Shown: positions 16,165 to 24,599, counted from the stretch's first letter. The stretch is DNA of 43,870 nt from Actinomycetota bacterium (GCA_046093625.1 JBJTFY010000160.1:1-43870); one strand, 5' to 3'. Numbers and translations are program-made. Notes: a model not told the origin generated them from the letters alone.

Positions 16165-17052
16165 ATGCCGGCCATGGTCGACCCGTGGCGTTTCCAAGCC
16201 CATGTCGAGGTGTGGCTGCTCGTCGCCTTCCTGGTGGCGTCCTACGTGTACGTCGTGCGCGTCCTCGGGCCGCGGGCGGTGGGCCCCGGGGAGTCGGTCG
16301 TCACCCGGCGTCAGTTGGCCTGTTTCGTCGGCGGAATCCTGGTGTTGTGGATCGGATCCGACTGGCCGGTACACGACATCGCCGAGGAGTACCTCTACTC
16401 CGTGCACATGGTCCAGCACATGGCCCTCACGTACTTCATGCCACCGCTCGTCGTGTTGGCCACGCCCGAGTGGTTCGTGCGCACCTTGGTGGGACGGGGC
16501 CGGGCTCGGCGGGCGTTGAACTTCATGGCCCACCCGGTGCGGGCCGCCTTCCTCTTCAACGTGATCGTGATGGTGAGTCACGTGCCCGCCGTCGTGAATC
16601 GCTCGGTGTCGAACGCGCCACTGCACTATTCGGTGCACGTGTTGCTGGTGAGCACTTCGATCCTGATGTGGTTACCGGTGTGCGGACCGCTGAAGGAGTA
16701 CCACATCTCCTCGATGGGCAAGATGATCTATCTCTTCCTCAACAGCGTGGTGGCGACGGTGCCCGCGGGTTGGCTGACATTCGCCGAGGGCACGGTGTAC
16801 AAGCACTACGGTACCCCGATCCGGGTGTGGGGGATCTCGGTCAGCGACGATCAGCAGATGGCCGGCGCGATCATGAAACTGGGTGGCTCCATTTTCCTGT
16901 GGACCATCATCGGTGTGATGTTCGTTCGGAACTTCGTCGTCACGTTCCGGCGGGAGAACGAGGCGGCCTACGTGCGCAAGCCCCTGACGATGGCCGACGT
17001 GGAGAAGGCGTTCGAAGAGAGCGAACCGATCCGCGAGTCCCGCTCGAACTAG
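16165..17052 (+). CDS. ctaG: Cytochrome c oxidase assembly factor CtaG (Caa3_CtaG family)
   Basis: Polytopic protein with WPVHDIAEEYLYSVHMVQHMALTYFMPPLVVLATP. Positioned directly after ctaF, as in Bacillus ctaCDEFG. Confidence 0.82.
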   Translation: MPAMVDPWRFQAHVEVWLLVAFLVASYVYVVRVLGPRAVGPGESVVTRRQLACFVGGILVLWIGSDWPVHDIAEEYLYSVHMVQHMALTYFMPPLVVLATPEWFVRTLVGRGRARRALNFMAHPVRAAFLFNVIVMVSHVPAVVNRSVSNAPLHYSVHVLLVSTSILMWLPVCGPLKEYHISSMGKMIYLFLNSVVATVPAGWLTFAEGTVYKHYGTPIRVWGISVSDDQQMAGAIMKLGGSIFLWTIIGVMFVRNFVVTFRRENEAAYVRKPLTMADVEKAFEESEPIRESRSN

Positions 17053-17073
17053 CAATCCGGATGTCGGAGAACG

Positions 17074-17808
17074 TCACTCCCAGCGGAATGTGAGAGCGGT
17101 GACGGCTGGCGCGACCACGGCCCAGATGCCCAACACGATCCACGACGTTCCCGGCCGCTCGGCTCCGCCCACCAACGCGTCGCGCATGACGTCGGCCAGA
17201 GCGCCACTCGGCAGGCACTCGGCGACGGCGGCGAGCGGCCCGGGCAACTCGTCGAACGGGATCACCATTCCGCCCAGCAGCAACAGCAACAGGTACAACC
17301 CGTTCTGGGCGGCCAGGTTCACTTCGGCCCGCAGGCGCCCGGCGATGAGCAATCCGACACCACCGAAGGCGATCGTTCCCGTCACGACGGCCCCGATGGC
17401 GAGCAACCAGTTCGCCGAGCCGGCATCCCAACCCAACCCGAGCGCCACCGGAACCAGCACGACCAGTTGGATCATCTGCACCACGATGACCGCGGTGATC
17501 TTGGCCGCCAGCCAACGCGGTCGACCGAGGGGAGTGGCTCCCAATCGCTTCAGCACCTTGTAGCCGCGTTCGAACCCGGTGGCGATACCGAGGCTCACCA
17601 TGGCGCTGCTCATGACGGCCAGGGCCAACACCCCGGGCGTGAGGAAGTCGACAGGCTCGCGTACGTCGCCGGTGGGAAGGACGTCGACCGTCGAGAAGAA
17701 CACCAGGAGCATCACCGGGATGATGAGCGTGAGCAGCAGTTGCTCGCCGTTGCGGAGCACGACGGTGAGTTCGGCCCGCAATTGGGAACGGAAGGGACCG
17801 GCACTCAT
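17074..17808 (-). CDS. ABC-2 type transporter permease
   Basis: A 244-aa protein with ~6 TM and MSAGPFRSQLRAELTVVLRNGEQLLLTLIIPVMLLVFF. ATGA overlap with the upstream ATPase gene. Confidence 0.8.
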   Translation of the reverse strand: MSAGPFRSQLRAELTVVLRNGEQLLLTLIIPVMLLVFFSTVDVLPTGDVREPVDFLTPGVLALAVMSSAMVSLGIATGFERGYKVLKRLGATPLGRPRWLAAKITAVIVVQMIQLVVLVPVALGLGWDAGSANWLLAIGAVVTGTIAFGGVGLLIAGRLRAEVNLAAQNGLYLLLLLLGGMVIPFDELPGPLAAVAECLPSGALADVMRDALVGGAERPGTSWIVLGIWAVVAPAVTALTFRWE

Positions 17809-18791
17809 TGTTGGTTCCCGGTGAGCTGTTTGAAGACGTCCTCGAGACTGTTCATACCTGCGCGCAACTCCACGACGTCGATGCCCCGCTCGGACAGCCA
17901 CACGGCGAGAGCGCCGATGAGTCCCTGGGGTGCGTCCTCGATGGTGTAGTCACACGGTGCCTGTTCGACCAGCCAGCCCGCCAGGTTGTCGGGCATGTCA
18001 GCGAGGTCGAGTGGCCGTACGGTGCGCAAGCGGACGACCTGACGCGCCCGCCGCACGTCGTCGAGCGTGCCGTCGACCAGCACTCGCCCCCGGTCGAAGA
18101 TGACCACCCGGTCGCACACCTTCTCGGCCTCGTCGAGTTCGTGCGTGGCGAGTATCACCGTGCAGCCGGAGTCGGCGAGGTTCCGGATGACCGACCTGAT
18201 CATGGTGCGACCGTTGACGTCGACTCCGCTCGTGGGTTCGTCGAGGAACACGATCGCCGGCTGTCCGGCCAGGGCCAGGGCCAGGGAGAGGCGTTGTTTT
18301 TCGCCTCCCGACAGCCGTCTCCAGGGGGTGCGCCGTCTCTCGGAGAGTCCGACCAACTCGATCAATTCGTCCGGTGCGGTCGCGACCCCGGCCCGCGATG
18401 CGTACAGGCCGCAGTATTGACGCACCACGTCGATGGGACGGGCGCTCGGGTAGACGCCCCCTTCTTGGAGCATGATCCCCACCCGGTCGGCGAGCTCCCG
18501 GCGCCCGGAGTGCGGGTCGAGACCCAGCACGCTCACGTGGCCGGACGTGCGTCGACGAAGGCCCTCACAGACCTCGATGGTGCTCGTCTTACCCGCGCCG
18601 TTCGGGCCCAGCACCGCGGTCACCTGACCGGGTCGGGCGGAGAACGACACCGAATCGACGGCCAGCAGATCGCCGTAGCGGACGCTGAGGTTCTCGACCA
18701 CCAGTGTGCGCTCGCTGCGATCGACGCGGGTGTAGGGATTTTCTCCGGCGCCGCTCACCTCATCGAGACTAGTCACGGGGTCCAATGCCAT
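17805..18791 (-). CDS. ABC transporter ATP-binding protein (DrrA/ABC-2 type)
   Basis: Walker A GPNGAGKTS, signature LSGGEKQRL and Walker B IVFLDEPTSGVD. Start is uncertain (ATG 18791, GTG 18758, ORF maximum 18881). Confidence 0.88.
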   Translation of the reverse strand: MALDPVTSLDEVSGAGENPYTRVDRSERTLVVENLSVRYGDLLAVDSVSFSARPGQVTAVLGPNGAGKTSTIEVCEGLRRRTSGHVSVLGLDPHSGRRELADRVGIMLQEGGVYPSARPIDVVRQYCGLYASRAGVATAPDELIELVGLSERRRTPWRRLSGGEKQRLSLALALAGQPAIVFLDEPTSGVDVNGRTMIRSVIRNLADSGCTVILATHELDEAEKVCDRVVIFDRGRVLVDGTLDDVRRARQVVRLRTVRPLDLADMPDNLAGWLVEQAPCDYTIEDAPQGLIGALAVWLSERGIDVVELRAGMNSLEDVFKQLTGNQQ

Positions 18792-18829
18792 CGGTGTCGC
18801 CGAAGGTGGACGGGTAACCTTGGTCTCCT

Positions 18830-20125
18830 GTGATCGACGTTCGCCTGCTCCGCCACGATCCGGAATCGGTGCGCACCGCATTGGCTCGTCGGGGGAAGCC
18901 CGACGTGTTGCGGCAACTCGACTCGGCCATCGCCCTCGACGACGAGTTGCGTCGCATCACCGTCGAGCGGGACGGCATCCGGGCGCAGGTGAACGAACTC
19001 TCGAAACAAGTCGGACGCGCCCGTCGTGACGGCGACTCGGTCGCCGCCGAAGGTCTGCAGACCCGCAGTCGCGAACTGGGCGACGACGAGAAGACGCTCG
19101 CGGAGCGCTTCGACACCGTTCAACACGAACTGCGCGAGATCCTCCTGCGCATCCCCAACACGCCGAGCGCCGAGGCACCCGACGGTGCGAGCGATCACGA
19201 CAATCCGGTGGTCACCGGTCCGGTCGCGTTGCCCACGTCGTTCCCCGAGCACCGACGGGTGCCGCACTGGGACGTGGCCGCCGAGTTGGGCGTGCTCGAC
19301 AACGAACGCGCCGTGAAATTGAGCGGAGCGATGTTCACCATGCAACGCGGGGCGGGCGCCCAGTTGTCGCGGGCGTTGTGCCAGTACGCACTCGACCGCA
19401 ATGCCGACGCCTTCGAGGAGATCCGTCCGCCGTCGCTCGTCACCACGGCGACCCTCACCGCCACCGGTCAACTGCCCAAGTTCGCCGAGGACGCCTACGC
19501 GATCGAGCGCGACGACTTGTGGTGCATCCCCACCGCGGAAGCGCCACTGACGTCGATGTACGCCGGCGAGATCCTCGACGACAGCCGACTTCCCTTGCGA
19601 CTGATGGCGTACTCGCCCTGTTACCGACGAGAGGCCGGGTCGGCCGGGCGCGACACACGGGGCATGTTGCGCGCCCACGAGTTCGACAAGGTCGAGATCT
19701 TCGCCCTCAGCACGCCCGAACAGGCGCCCAGCGTCTTGATCGAACTGCGCGATCGCGCCGAGGCACTGATCGCCGGACTCGGTCTCCCGTACCGCATCAT
19801 CGAGATCTGCACGGGCGACATGGGGCAGAGTCACCACCGCAGTTTCGATCTCGAGGTCTACGCTCCGGGTTGCGACGCGTGGCTCGAAGTGTCGTCGGTG
19901 TCGTGGTTCAGCGACTACCAAGGGCGTCGGGCCGACATCCGATTCCGTCGCGCCGGCGAGAAGGGAACCCACATCGCCAACACCCTCAACGGATCGGCGT
20001 TGGCGGTGCCGCGCGTGTGGGCCGCGATCATGGAGAACTTCCGCGAGCCCGACGGCTCGGTGGTGATTCCCGAGGCGCTCCGCCCGTACATGCGCGGGGT
20101 CGACCGCATCGTGCCGCGGAGCTGA
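18830..20125 (+). CDS. serS: Seryl-tRNA synthetase
   Basis: MIDVRLLRHDPESVR N-terminus, a coiled-coil arm and class II motifs (YSPCYRREAGSAGRDTRGMLRAHEF, GSALAVPR). GTG start. Confidence 0.95.
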   Translation: MIDVRLLRHDPESVRTALARRGKPDVLRQLDSAIALDDELRRITVERDGIRAQVNELSKQVGRARRDGDSVAAEGLQTRSRELGDDEKTLAERFDTVQHELREILLRIPNTPSAEAPDGASDHDNPVVTGPVALPTSFPEHRRVPHWDVAAELGVLDNERAVKLSGAMFTMQRGAGAQLSRALCQYALDRNADAFEEIRPPSLVTTATLTATGQLPKFAEDAYAIERDDLWCIPTAEAPLTSMYAGEILDDSRLPLRLMAYSPCYRREAGSAGRDTRGMLRAHEFDKVEIFALSTPEQAPSVLIELRDRAEALIAGLGLPYRIIEICTGDMGQSHHRSFDLEVYAPGCDAWLEVSSVSWFSDYQGRRADIRFRRAGEKGTHIANTLNGSALAVPRVWAAIMENFREPDGSVVIPEALRPYMRGVDRIVPRS

Positions 20126-20129
20126 CGCC

Positions 20130-20765
20130 GTGAACCTGCGCGATCGCCGGGTGCAGTACGAGACGGCCGGCCTCGGGCGTGACGATCTCGACGAGTCGCC
20201 GGTGCAGCAGTGGCACGCGTGGTACGTCGATGCGGTCGACGCGGGGTTACCCGAACCCAACGCGATGGCCCTGGCGACCCTCGACGACGACGGAATGCCG
20301 GACTCGCGCGTCGTGCTGGCCCGTGGCGTCGACGACGACGGCATCACCTTCTTCGGCAATTACGGCAGCGCCAAGGGTCGACAGCTCGACCTCAACCCTT
20401 TGGCCAGCGCCGTGTTCCCGTGGCTCGGTCTGCACCGACAGGTGCGGGTGCGCGGCACGGTCGAGATTCTCTCGGTTCGCGAGAGCGACGCGTACTTCGC
20501 CTCGCGTCCACGCGAGAGCCAGATCGGCGCCTGGGCCTCGCCCCAGAGCAGCGTGATCGACGATCGAGAGGTGCTCGACCGCGAGGTGGAGCGGATCACG
20601 GCCGAGTTCGCGGGCCGCGAAGTGCCGCGGCCACCCCACTGGGGCGGGTGGTTGTTGACTCCCGAGTCCTACGAGTTCTGGCAGGGCCGCCCGAGCCGCT
20701 TGCACGATCGCTTTCGTTACCGCCTCGATCGCGACGGTTGGATCATCGAGCGCCTGGCCCCGTGA
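20130..20765 (+). CDS. pdxH: Pyridoxamine 5'-phosphate oxidase
   Basis: RVVLARGVDDDGITFFGNYGSAKGRQL, YFASRPRESQIGAWAS and EFWQGRPSRLHDRFRY. GTG start. Confidence 0.92.
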   Translation: MNLRDRRVQYETAGLGRDDLDESPVQQWHAWYVDAVDAGLPEPNAMALATLDDDGMPDSRVVLARGVDDDGITFFGNYGSAKGRQLDLNPLASAVFPWLGLHRQVRVRGTVEILSVRESDAYFASRPRESQIGAWASPQSSVIDDREVLDREVERITAEFAGREVPRPPHWGGWLLTPESYEFWQGRPSRLHDRFRYRLDRDGWIIERLAP

Positions 20766-21375
20766 GCCAGCTGTCGGCGGCCTCGACGAGTCCGTCGATG
20801 AGCGACTGGGTGTGAGGAGGTAGTGCCGGACCCTCCCAGTCCCAGAACAAGGGTGTGGTGCCACGGACGCGCGGGGGCAGTTCGATCTGCACGCCGCACG
20901 CCGGAGGCAGATTGACCGGGTTGCGCGGGTGCAGGCCCCGGAGTTCCTTGGGGATCTCGTCGATCTCGTCGATCACGCGGTAGGCCGGCAAACGGCGACG
21001 AAGGTGCCCTCCGATGTGACGGGCGAAGTCGCGGTGCTGACCGCCGAGCAACAACGTCGAGTAATACCCCTGTCGTCCGTAGCCGTGGATCGTCACCACC
21101 ACGTGCACGTGGTCGAGAAACGCCCGGAGATCGTCGGAGGCGTCGGGGGAGACCTCGATGGACGGAATGTGACGTTCCATTCCCCGCGGTTGGTGAACTC
21201 CGTAGTAACTCGCACCACTGGCATTGGCGGCCCGTTGGGCCACGACCTCGGTCATCTCCTCGAGACCGCCTCCGTGGTACGCCATGAAACCCAGGCGAGC
21301 CTCTCGGGGCCGGTCGTGTCCGCGCAGCACGAGCACCTCCTCGACATCGGGGTGGTCGAGCAATTCGCGGAACAC
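20743..21375 (-). CDS. DUF867 / poly-gamma-glutamate hydrolase (PghP-like) family protein
   Basis: AYHGGGLE, VVTIHGY and GVQIELPPRVRG motifs. GTG start 1 nt after the ccdA stop. The 3' end overlaps convergent pdxH by 23 nt. Confidence 0.65.
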   Translation of the reverse strand: MFRELLDHPDVEEVLVLRGHDRPREARLGFMAYHGGGLEEMTEVVAQRAANASGASYYGVHQPRGMERHIPSIEVSPDASDDLRAFLDHVHVVVTIHGYGRQGYYSTLLLGGQHRDFARHIGGHLRRRLPAYRVIDEIDEIPKELRGLHPRNPVNLPPACGVQIELPPRVRGTTPLFWDWEGPALPPHTQSLIDGLVEAADSWLTGPGAR

Positions 21376-21376
21376 G

Positions 21377-22210
21377 TCAGACGTCCCCCGGGTCTCGGCG
21401 GGTCCGGGCGAAGATGATCGCCGTCATCACGATGAGCGATAGGACCACGGCGAGCAGGCCACGGTTCTGGTCGATCGATCGCGCGACCCGTTCCTGCCAG
21501 TCGAGCACCTTGCCCGTCACATCGTCGTCGTAGTTCTCGCGGATGTCGTTGAGCCAGTACCACGCGAGATAGACGCCGCTCAGCATCATGACCACCGCCG
21601 AAGCCCGCTCGACGTGACGCATCCCGTTGCGCAACACCCGCAGGAACCCGCTGCGCGCGAGAGCGAGCGTGACGGTGAGCCCGATGACCAGCAACGACAT
21701 GGCGATTCCGTAGAGGGCGATGGCCACCACCCCGACCACGAATCCCTCCGTGGTGACGGTTCCGAGAACGGTGGCGGTGAACGGTCCGAGCGTGCATCCG
21801 ATCGACGCGATGGCGTAGGCGACACCGAAGACGAACATGCTCGCGGTGGTGCGGTCGCGTCGGCCGACGTCGAGTTTCGGAGTGGTGAAGGGCATTCGCC
21901 AACCGGTCAGCATCGCCACGCCCATGGCGAAGAGAGCGACCCCGATGACGAGTGCGACGTATTTCGCGTTCTGGTTGAAGTAATCGGTGAAGATCCGGGT
22001 GACGGCACCCACCACGACGAACACGCTCATGAACCCGGCCGACAGCGCGCCCCCGACGATCAGCGCTCGACGCACGCTGGCCCGTTGCGAACCGGGGCGG
22101 CCGTCGATGCCGAGGAAGTAGACGAGGTACGTGGGAAGGAGTACGAACCCGCAGGGGTTGACGGCGGCCAACAATCCGCTGCCGAAGCTCAACCACAGCC
22201 GGTCGTTCAC
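21377..22210 (-). CDS. ccdA: Cytochrome c biogenesis thiol-reductant transporter CcdA (DsbD family)
   Basis: FGSGLLAAVNPCGFVLLPTYL plus a second Cys (ASIGCTLGPF) and ~6-8 TM. GTGA overlap with the upstream thioredoxin-like gene. The 513-aa ORF in the track is an N-terminal artefact. Confidence 0.88.
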   Translation of the reverse strand: MNDRLWLSFGSGLLAAVNPCGFVLLPTYLVYFLGIDGRPGSQRASVRRALIVGGALSAGFMSVFVVVGAVTRIFTDYFNQNAKYVALVIGVALFAMGVAMLTGWRMPFTTPKLDVGRRDRTTASMFVFGVAYAIASIGCTLGPFTATVLGTVTTEGFVVGVVAIALYGIAMSLLVIGLTVTLALARSGFLRVLRNGMRHVERASAVVMMLSGVYLAWYWLNDIRENYDDDVTGKVLDWQERVARSIDQNRGLLAVVLSLIVMTAIIFARTRRDPGDV

Positions 22211-22791
22211 CGTGTTCCCCCGACCAATTCGTCGAGCGCCGCGGTGAGTTCGGCAGCCGACACCTCCCCGGCGATCTGTCTCACGACCGTTCCGTCGGGG
22301 GCGACGAACAGCGTGGTGGGAAACGTCGCCACGCCGTTGACCGTGACCAACCGCGCGTCGGGATCGCGCAGGAGTTCGTAGGTGACCCCCACGTCGTCGG
22401 CGAACGATCGGGTGATCGTCTCGCTGTCCTGGGTGTTGACGCCCACGAACCGCACCGTGTCGCCGTACTGGAGAAAGGCCGCCTGCAAGGCCGGCATCTC
22501 GCGTTTGCAAGGCTGACAATTGGAGAACCAGAAGTTGACCAGCAGGGGTCGCCCGTCGAGCAAGGAGCCGGTGTCGACCTCGTTGCCGTCGAGATCGAAC
22601 ACCGTGGCGACACCCAGTCGTTCGCCGGTCAGTGGAGCGTTGGTGGGAATGCCCGGTTCCTGGTACTCGCCCGGCTCGTCGAGCACGACGTCGGTGTCGG
22701 TCCTCGCGTCGTCGGCTATCGCGAACACTGCGACGACGGCCGCCACCCCGGCGACCAAACCGGCGAGCAGGGGAACGATGCGTCGCGACAC
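22207..22791 (-). CDS. TlpA/ResA-family membrane-anchored thiol:disulfide oxidoreductase
   Basis: N-terminal anchor helix and a thioredoxin fold with WFSNCQPCKREMP (CxxC). GTG start. Confidence 0.85.
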   Translation of the reverse strand: MSRRIVPLLAGLVAGVAAVVAVFAIADDARTDTDVVLDEPGEYQEPGIPTNAPLTGERLGVATVFDLDGNEVDTGSLLDGRPLLVNFWFSNCQPCKREMPALQAAFLQYGDTVRFVGVNTQDSETITRSFADDVGVTYELLRDPDARLVTVNGVATFPTTLFVAPDGTVVRQIAGEVSAAELTAALDELVGGTR

Positions 22792-22844
22792 ACCGCGAGG
22801 CTAACTGCGGGACCACGGGGCCGTCCGACCGTCGACCTGGGATG

Positions 22845-22875
22845 CCCGGCCGCAGTGGGGGGAACTGCGGCCGGG
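22845..22875. terminator. Perfect 12-bp stem hairpin downstream of the whiB7-like gene
   Basis: CCCGGCCGCAGT (22845-22856), a 7-nt loop GGGGGGA, then ACTGCGGCCGGG (22864-22875). No U-tract. Confidence 0.45.
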
Positions 22876-22942
22876 ACCTCCCGGTGCAGTCGCGGGTTCG
22901 ACTGAGCGTTGCCCGCAACCGAGATCTGGACGGTGATCGGCG

Positions 22943-23320
22943 TCACGCCACGCGGACCGCCACCTCGAAGGCCCTCTGCTCCGAAACGTCGGTGATCGTG
23001 CGAAGTGTGCGGTCCTCGTCGATCACGATGATCGGCTTGGGCAGCACCGACGGACGTCCGCGGGGGCGTCGATCGGCGATGACGCGACCGTTCTCGATGA
23101 GTTCGCCGCCCCACACCCCCCAGGGCTCCTCGCGTTCGAGGGCCCCGGCGAGACAGGTGTCGGCCAGTGAACATCGTCGGCAGATCGCCTTGGCCCGGGC
23201 GATGTCGACGTTCACGTCGCTGAAGAACAGTGGCGTCAACGTTCCGTTGCCGTCGGCACAACGCGCCGTGGGGCGGGCGAGCGGAGCGATCCGCTCGTCG
23301 ATGGTGAGGGTGCTGTTCAT
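22943..23320 (-). CDS. whiB7: WhiB7-type Fe-S transcriptional activator (WhiB-like with C-terminal AT-hook)
   Basis: Four Cys in C-Xn-C-X2-C-X5-C spacing (CADG...CRRCSLADTC). EPWGVWGGELIENGRVIADRRPRGRP closely matches the WhiB7 signature plus the RGRP AT-hook. A GGAG RBS lies 6 nt upstream. Confidence 0.85.
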   Translation of the reverse strand: MNSTLTIDERIAPLARPTARCADGNGTLTPLFFSDVNVDIARAKAICRRCSLADTCLAGALEREEPWGVWGGELIENGRVIADRRPRGRPSVLPKPIIVIDEDRTLRTITDVSEQRAFEVAVRVA

Positions 23321-23365
23321 GGTGGTCTCCGTTTCGTGTCAGGGGTTGTCGTGAAGGTGGGCCGG

Positions 23366-23401
23366 AAAATCGAAAAGGCCGCCGGGTTGATCCCAGCGGC
23401 C
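23366..23401 (-). terminator. Intrinsic terminator / attenuator in the whiB7 leader
   Basis: The minus strand reads GGCCGCUGGG AUCAA CCCGGCGGCC followed by UUUUCGAUUUU. It ends 46 nt upstream of the whiB7 ATG and starts 30 nt after the uORF stop. Confidence 0.65.
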
Positions 23402-23431
23402 TCGGTGAGGTTCTCGACGTTGGTGTGTGAC

Positions 23432-23638
23432 CTACGTGAGAGGCTCCCCGAACCGCTGGGGCGAACGCTTGGTGTCCGCCGCTGCGAAGGCCGTATTGGC
23501 CGTGTTCGGCTTGGCTGCGGACACCATGGGCCACGAATAGGTGGTGGTGCCGGCAGCCGATGCGTGGAAGCCGTGCATGGGCGCGAACGAACCACTCGAG
23601 ATCGACATCATCGGTGCGGGGTTCAGCGTGCGCTTCAT
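23432..23638 (-). CDS. Candidate upstream ORF / leader peptide of whiB7 (68 aa, Ala/Thr/Ser/Pro-rich)
   Basis: An ATG at 23638 opens MKRTLNPAPMMSISSGSFAPMHGFHASAAGTTTYSWPMVSAAKPNTANTAFAAADTKRSPQRFGEPLT. The TAG stop at 23432 lies just before the terminator. No clear SD; translation is unproven. Confidence 0.35.
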   Translation of the reverse strand: MKRTLNPAPMMSISSGSFAPMHGFHASAAGTTTYSWPMVSAAKPNTANTAFAAADTKRSPQRFGEPLT

Positions 23639-23709
23639 GACAGTTGGTGGTCCGAATCGGTTTCGAACCGTGTGTAGGAAACCACCGCGAACCGCCGATG
23701 TCAACCGAA

Positions 23710-23985
23710 TTAGCCGTTGGGGTCGGTGTCGGTGACCAGCCGTGCGGCTCGGACCCCCCACCACATCATCACCGTTCCCCCTGCTAGAAGGCCACTTCCG
23801 AGGCCGATGAGGAGTGGTTCGGGTGCCGCCGGGGCGAACCACCAGATTCCGAGGAAAGACGCGGACGCGATGCCCACGGCCCACCCGACACCTCGGCCGA
23901 GTACGGGGAACCTCCCGTCGATTCGGGGTCGACTCGACGATGGATTCGGCAACGCGCTCATGGGAGGCAAGAGAACCCCGGCCAC
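23710..23985 (-). CDS. Small hypothetical two-TM membrane protein
   Basis: Two hydrophobic helices (WAVGIASASFLGIWWF, LLIGLGSGLLAGGTVMMWW). GC3 bias is weaker than its neighbours and the stop is TAA. The alternative start at 23961 is plausible. Confidence 0.4.
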   Translation of the reverse strand: MAGVLLPPMSALPNPSSSRPRIDGRFPVLGRGVGWAVGIASASFLGIWWFAPAAPEPLLIGLGSGLLAGGTVMMWWGVRAARLVTDTDPNG

Positions 23986-24090
23986 CTTTTCTCGCAGATT
24001 TCGCGTCGGTTCCGCTCACACTTCGCCGACCGCCCCTCGTTTGGTGTTTCACGAGTCGGGTCATCGGGACCCGCCGGAAAGGACAGAACG

Positions 24091-24594
24091 ATGAACAAGC
24101 CACTGGTGTTGCTGGATGTCGACGGGGTGATCAACGACATCGAACGGGTTGGACTGGGTACCGACGCCTGGGAAACCCATGCGTTCGAGAGTCATGGGTA
24201 CACCTTGTTGGTTCCTTCGTACATGCGGGAGCTGATCCAGACCCTGTGTCGGGTGGCCGAGGTGCATTGGTGTACGACGTGGCGAAGCCGTGCCAACGAC
24301 GAGATCGCCGACTATCTGGGCATCGAACCCCTACCGGTCGTCGATGACGGGACGGTGTCCAGATACGTGGATTGGAAGGCTGCCGCTGCTCATGAACTTG
24401 CTCGACGAGCGTTGTCGGACGGACGTCGAGTCCTGTGGATCGAGGATTTCTACGGGCGGATTCCGACCGACGAGATGCCGTTCGGGGTCGAGTTCGTCGA
24501 TACGACCGAGGGCTGGGATGGTGCATTGTTGCTTCCGGAGATGCTTCCGCAATGGGTGTGGGAGCTGGCGGGTACCAGCCCCCAACCCGTCTGA
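24091..24594 (+). CDS. HAD-superfamily hydrolase-like protein
   Basis: N-terminal LLDVDGVIN (DxDxV motif I) and a small single-domain size of 167 aa. More A/T-ending codons than its neighbours. Confidence 0.55.
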   Translation: MNKPLVLLDVDGVINDIERVGLGTDAWETHAFESHGYTLLVPSYMRELIQTLCRVAEVHWCTTWRSRANDEIADYLGIEPLPVVDDGTVSRYVDWKAAAAHELARRALSDGRRVLWIEDFYGRIPTDEMPFGVEFVDTTEGWDGALLLPEMLPQWVWELAGTSPQPV

Positions 24595-24599
24595 ACGGT

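Noticed and set aside
22211-22918. N-terminal extension of the ccdA ORF (513-aa version)
   Set aside because: It overlaps the thioredoxin-like gene in another frame and is Arg-rich. The CcdA core begins at the GTG at 22210, coupled to the upstream stop.
23317-23595. 92-aa minus-strand ORF crossing the whiB7 leader terminator and overlapping the whiB7 start
   Set aside because: It reads through a strong hairpin and U-tract into the whiB7 RBS and start, and is Pro/Arg/Ser-rich. The in-frame 68-codon uORF ending before the terminator is the more sensible leader ORF.
23432-24103. 223-aa minus-strand ORF covering the small membrane ORF region and the HAD gene start
   Set aside because: Only its last 68 codons (from the ATG at 23638) are considered as a leader uORF. 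The rest overlaps other candidates and has no motifs.
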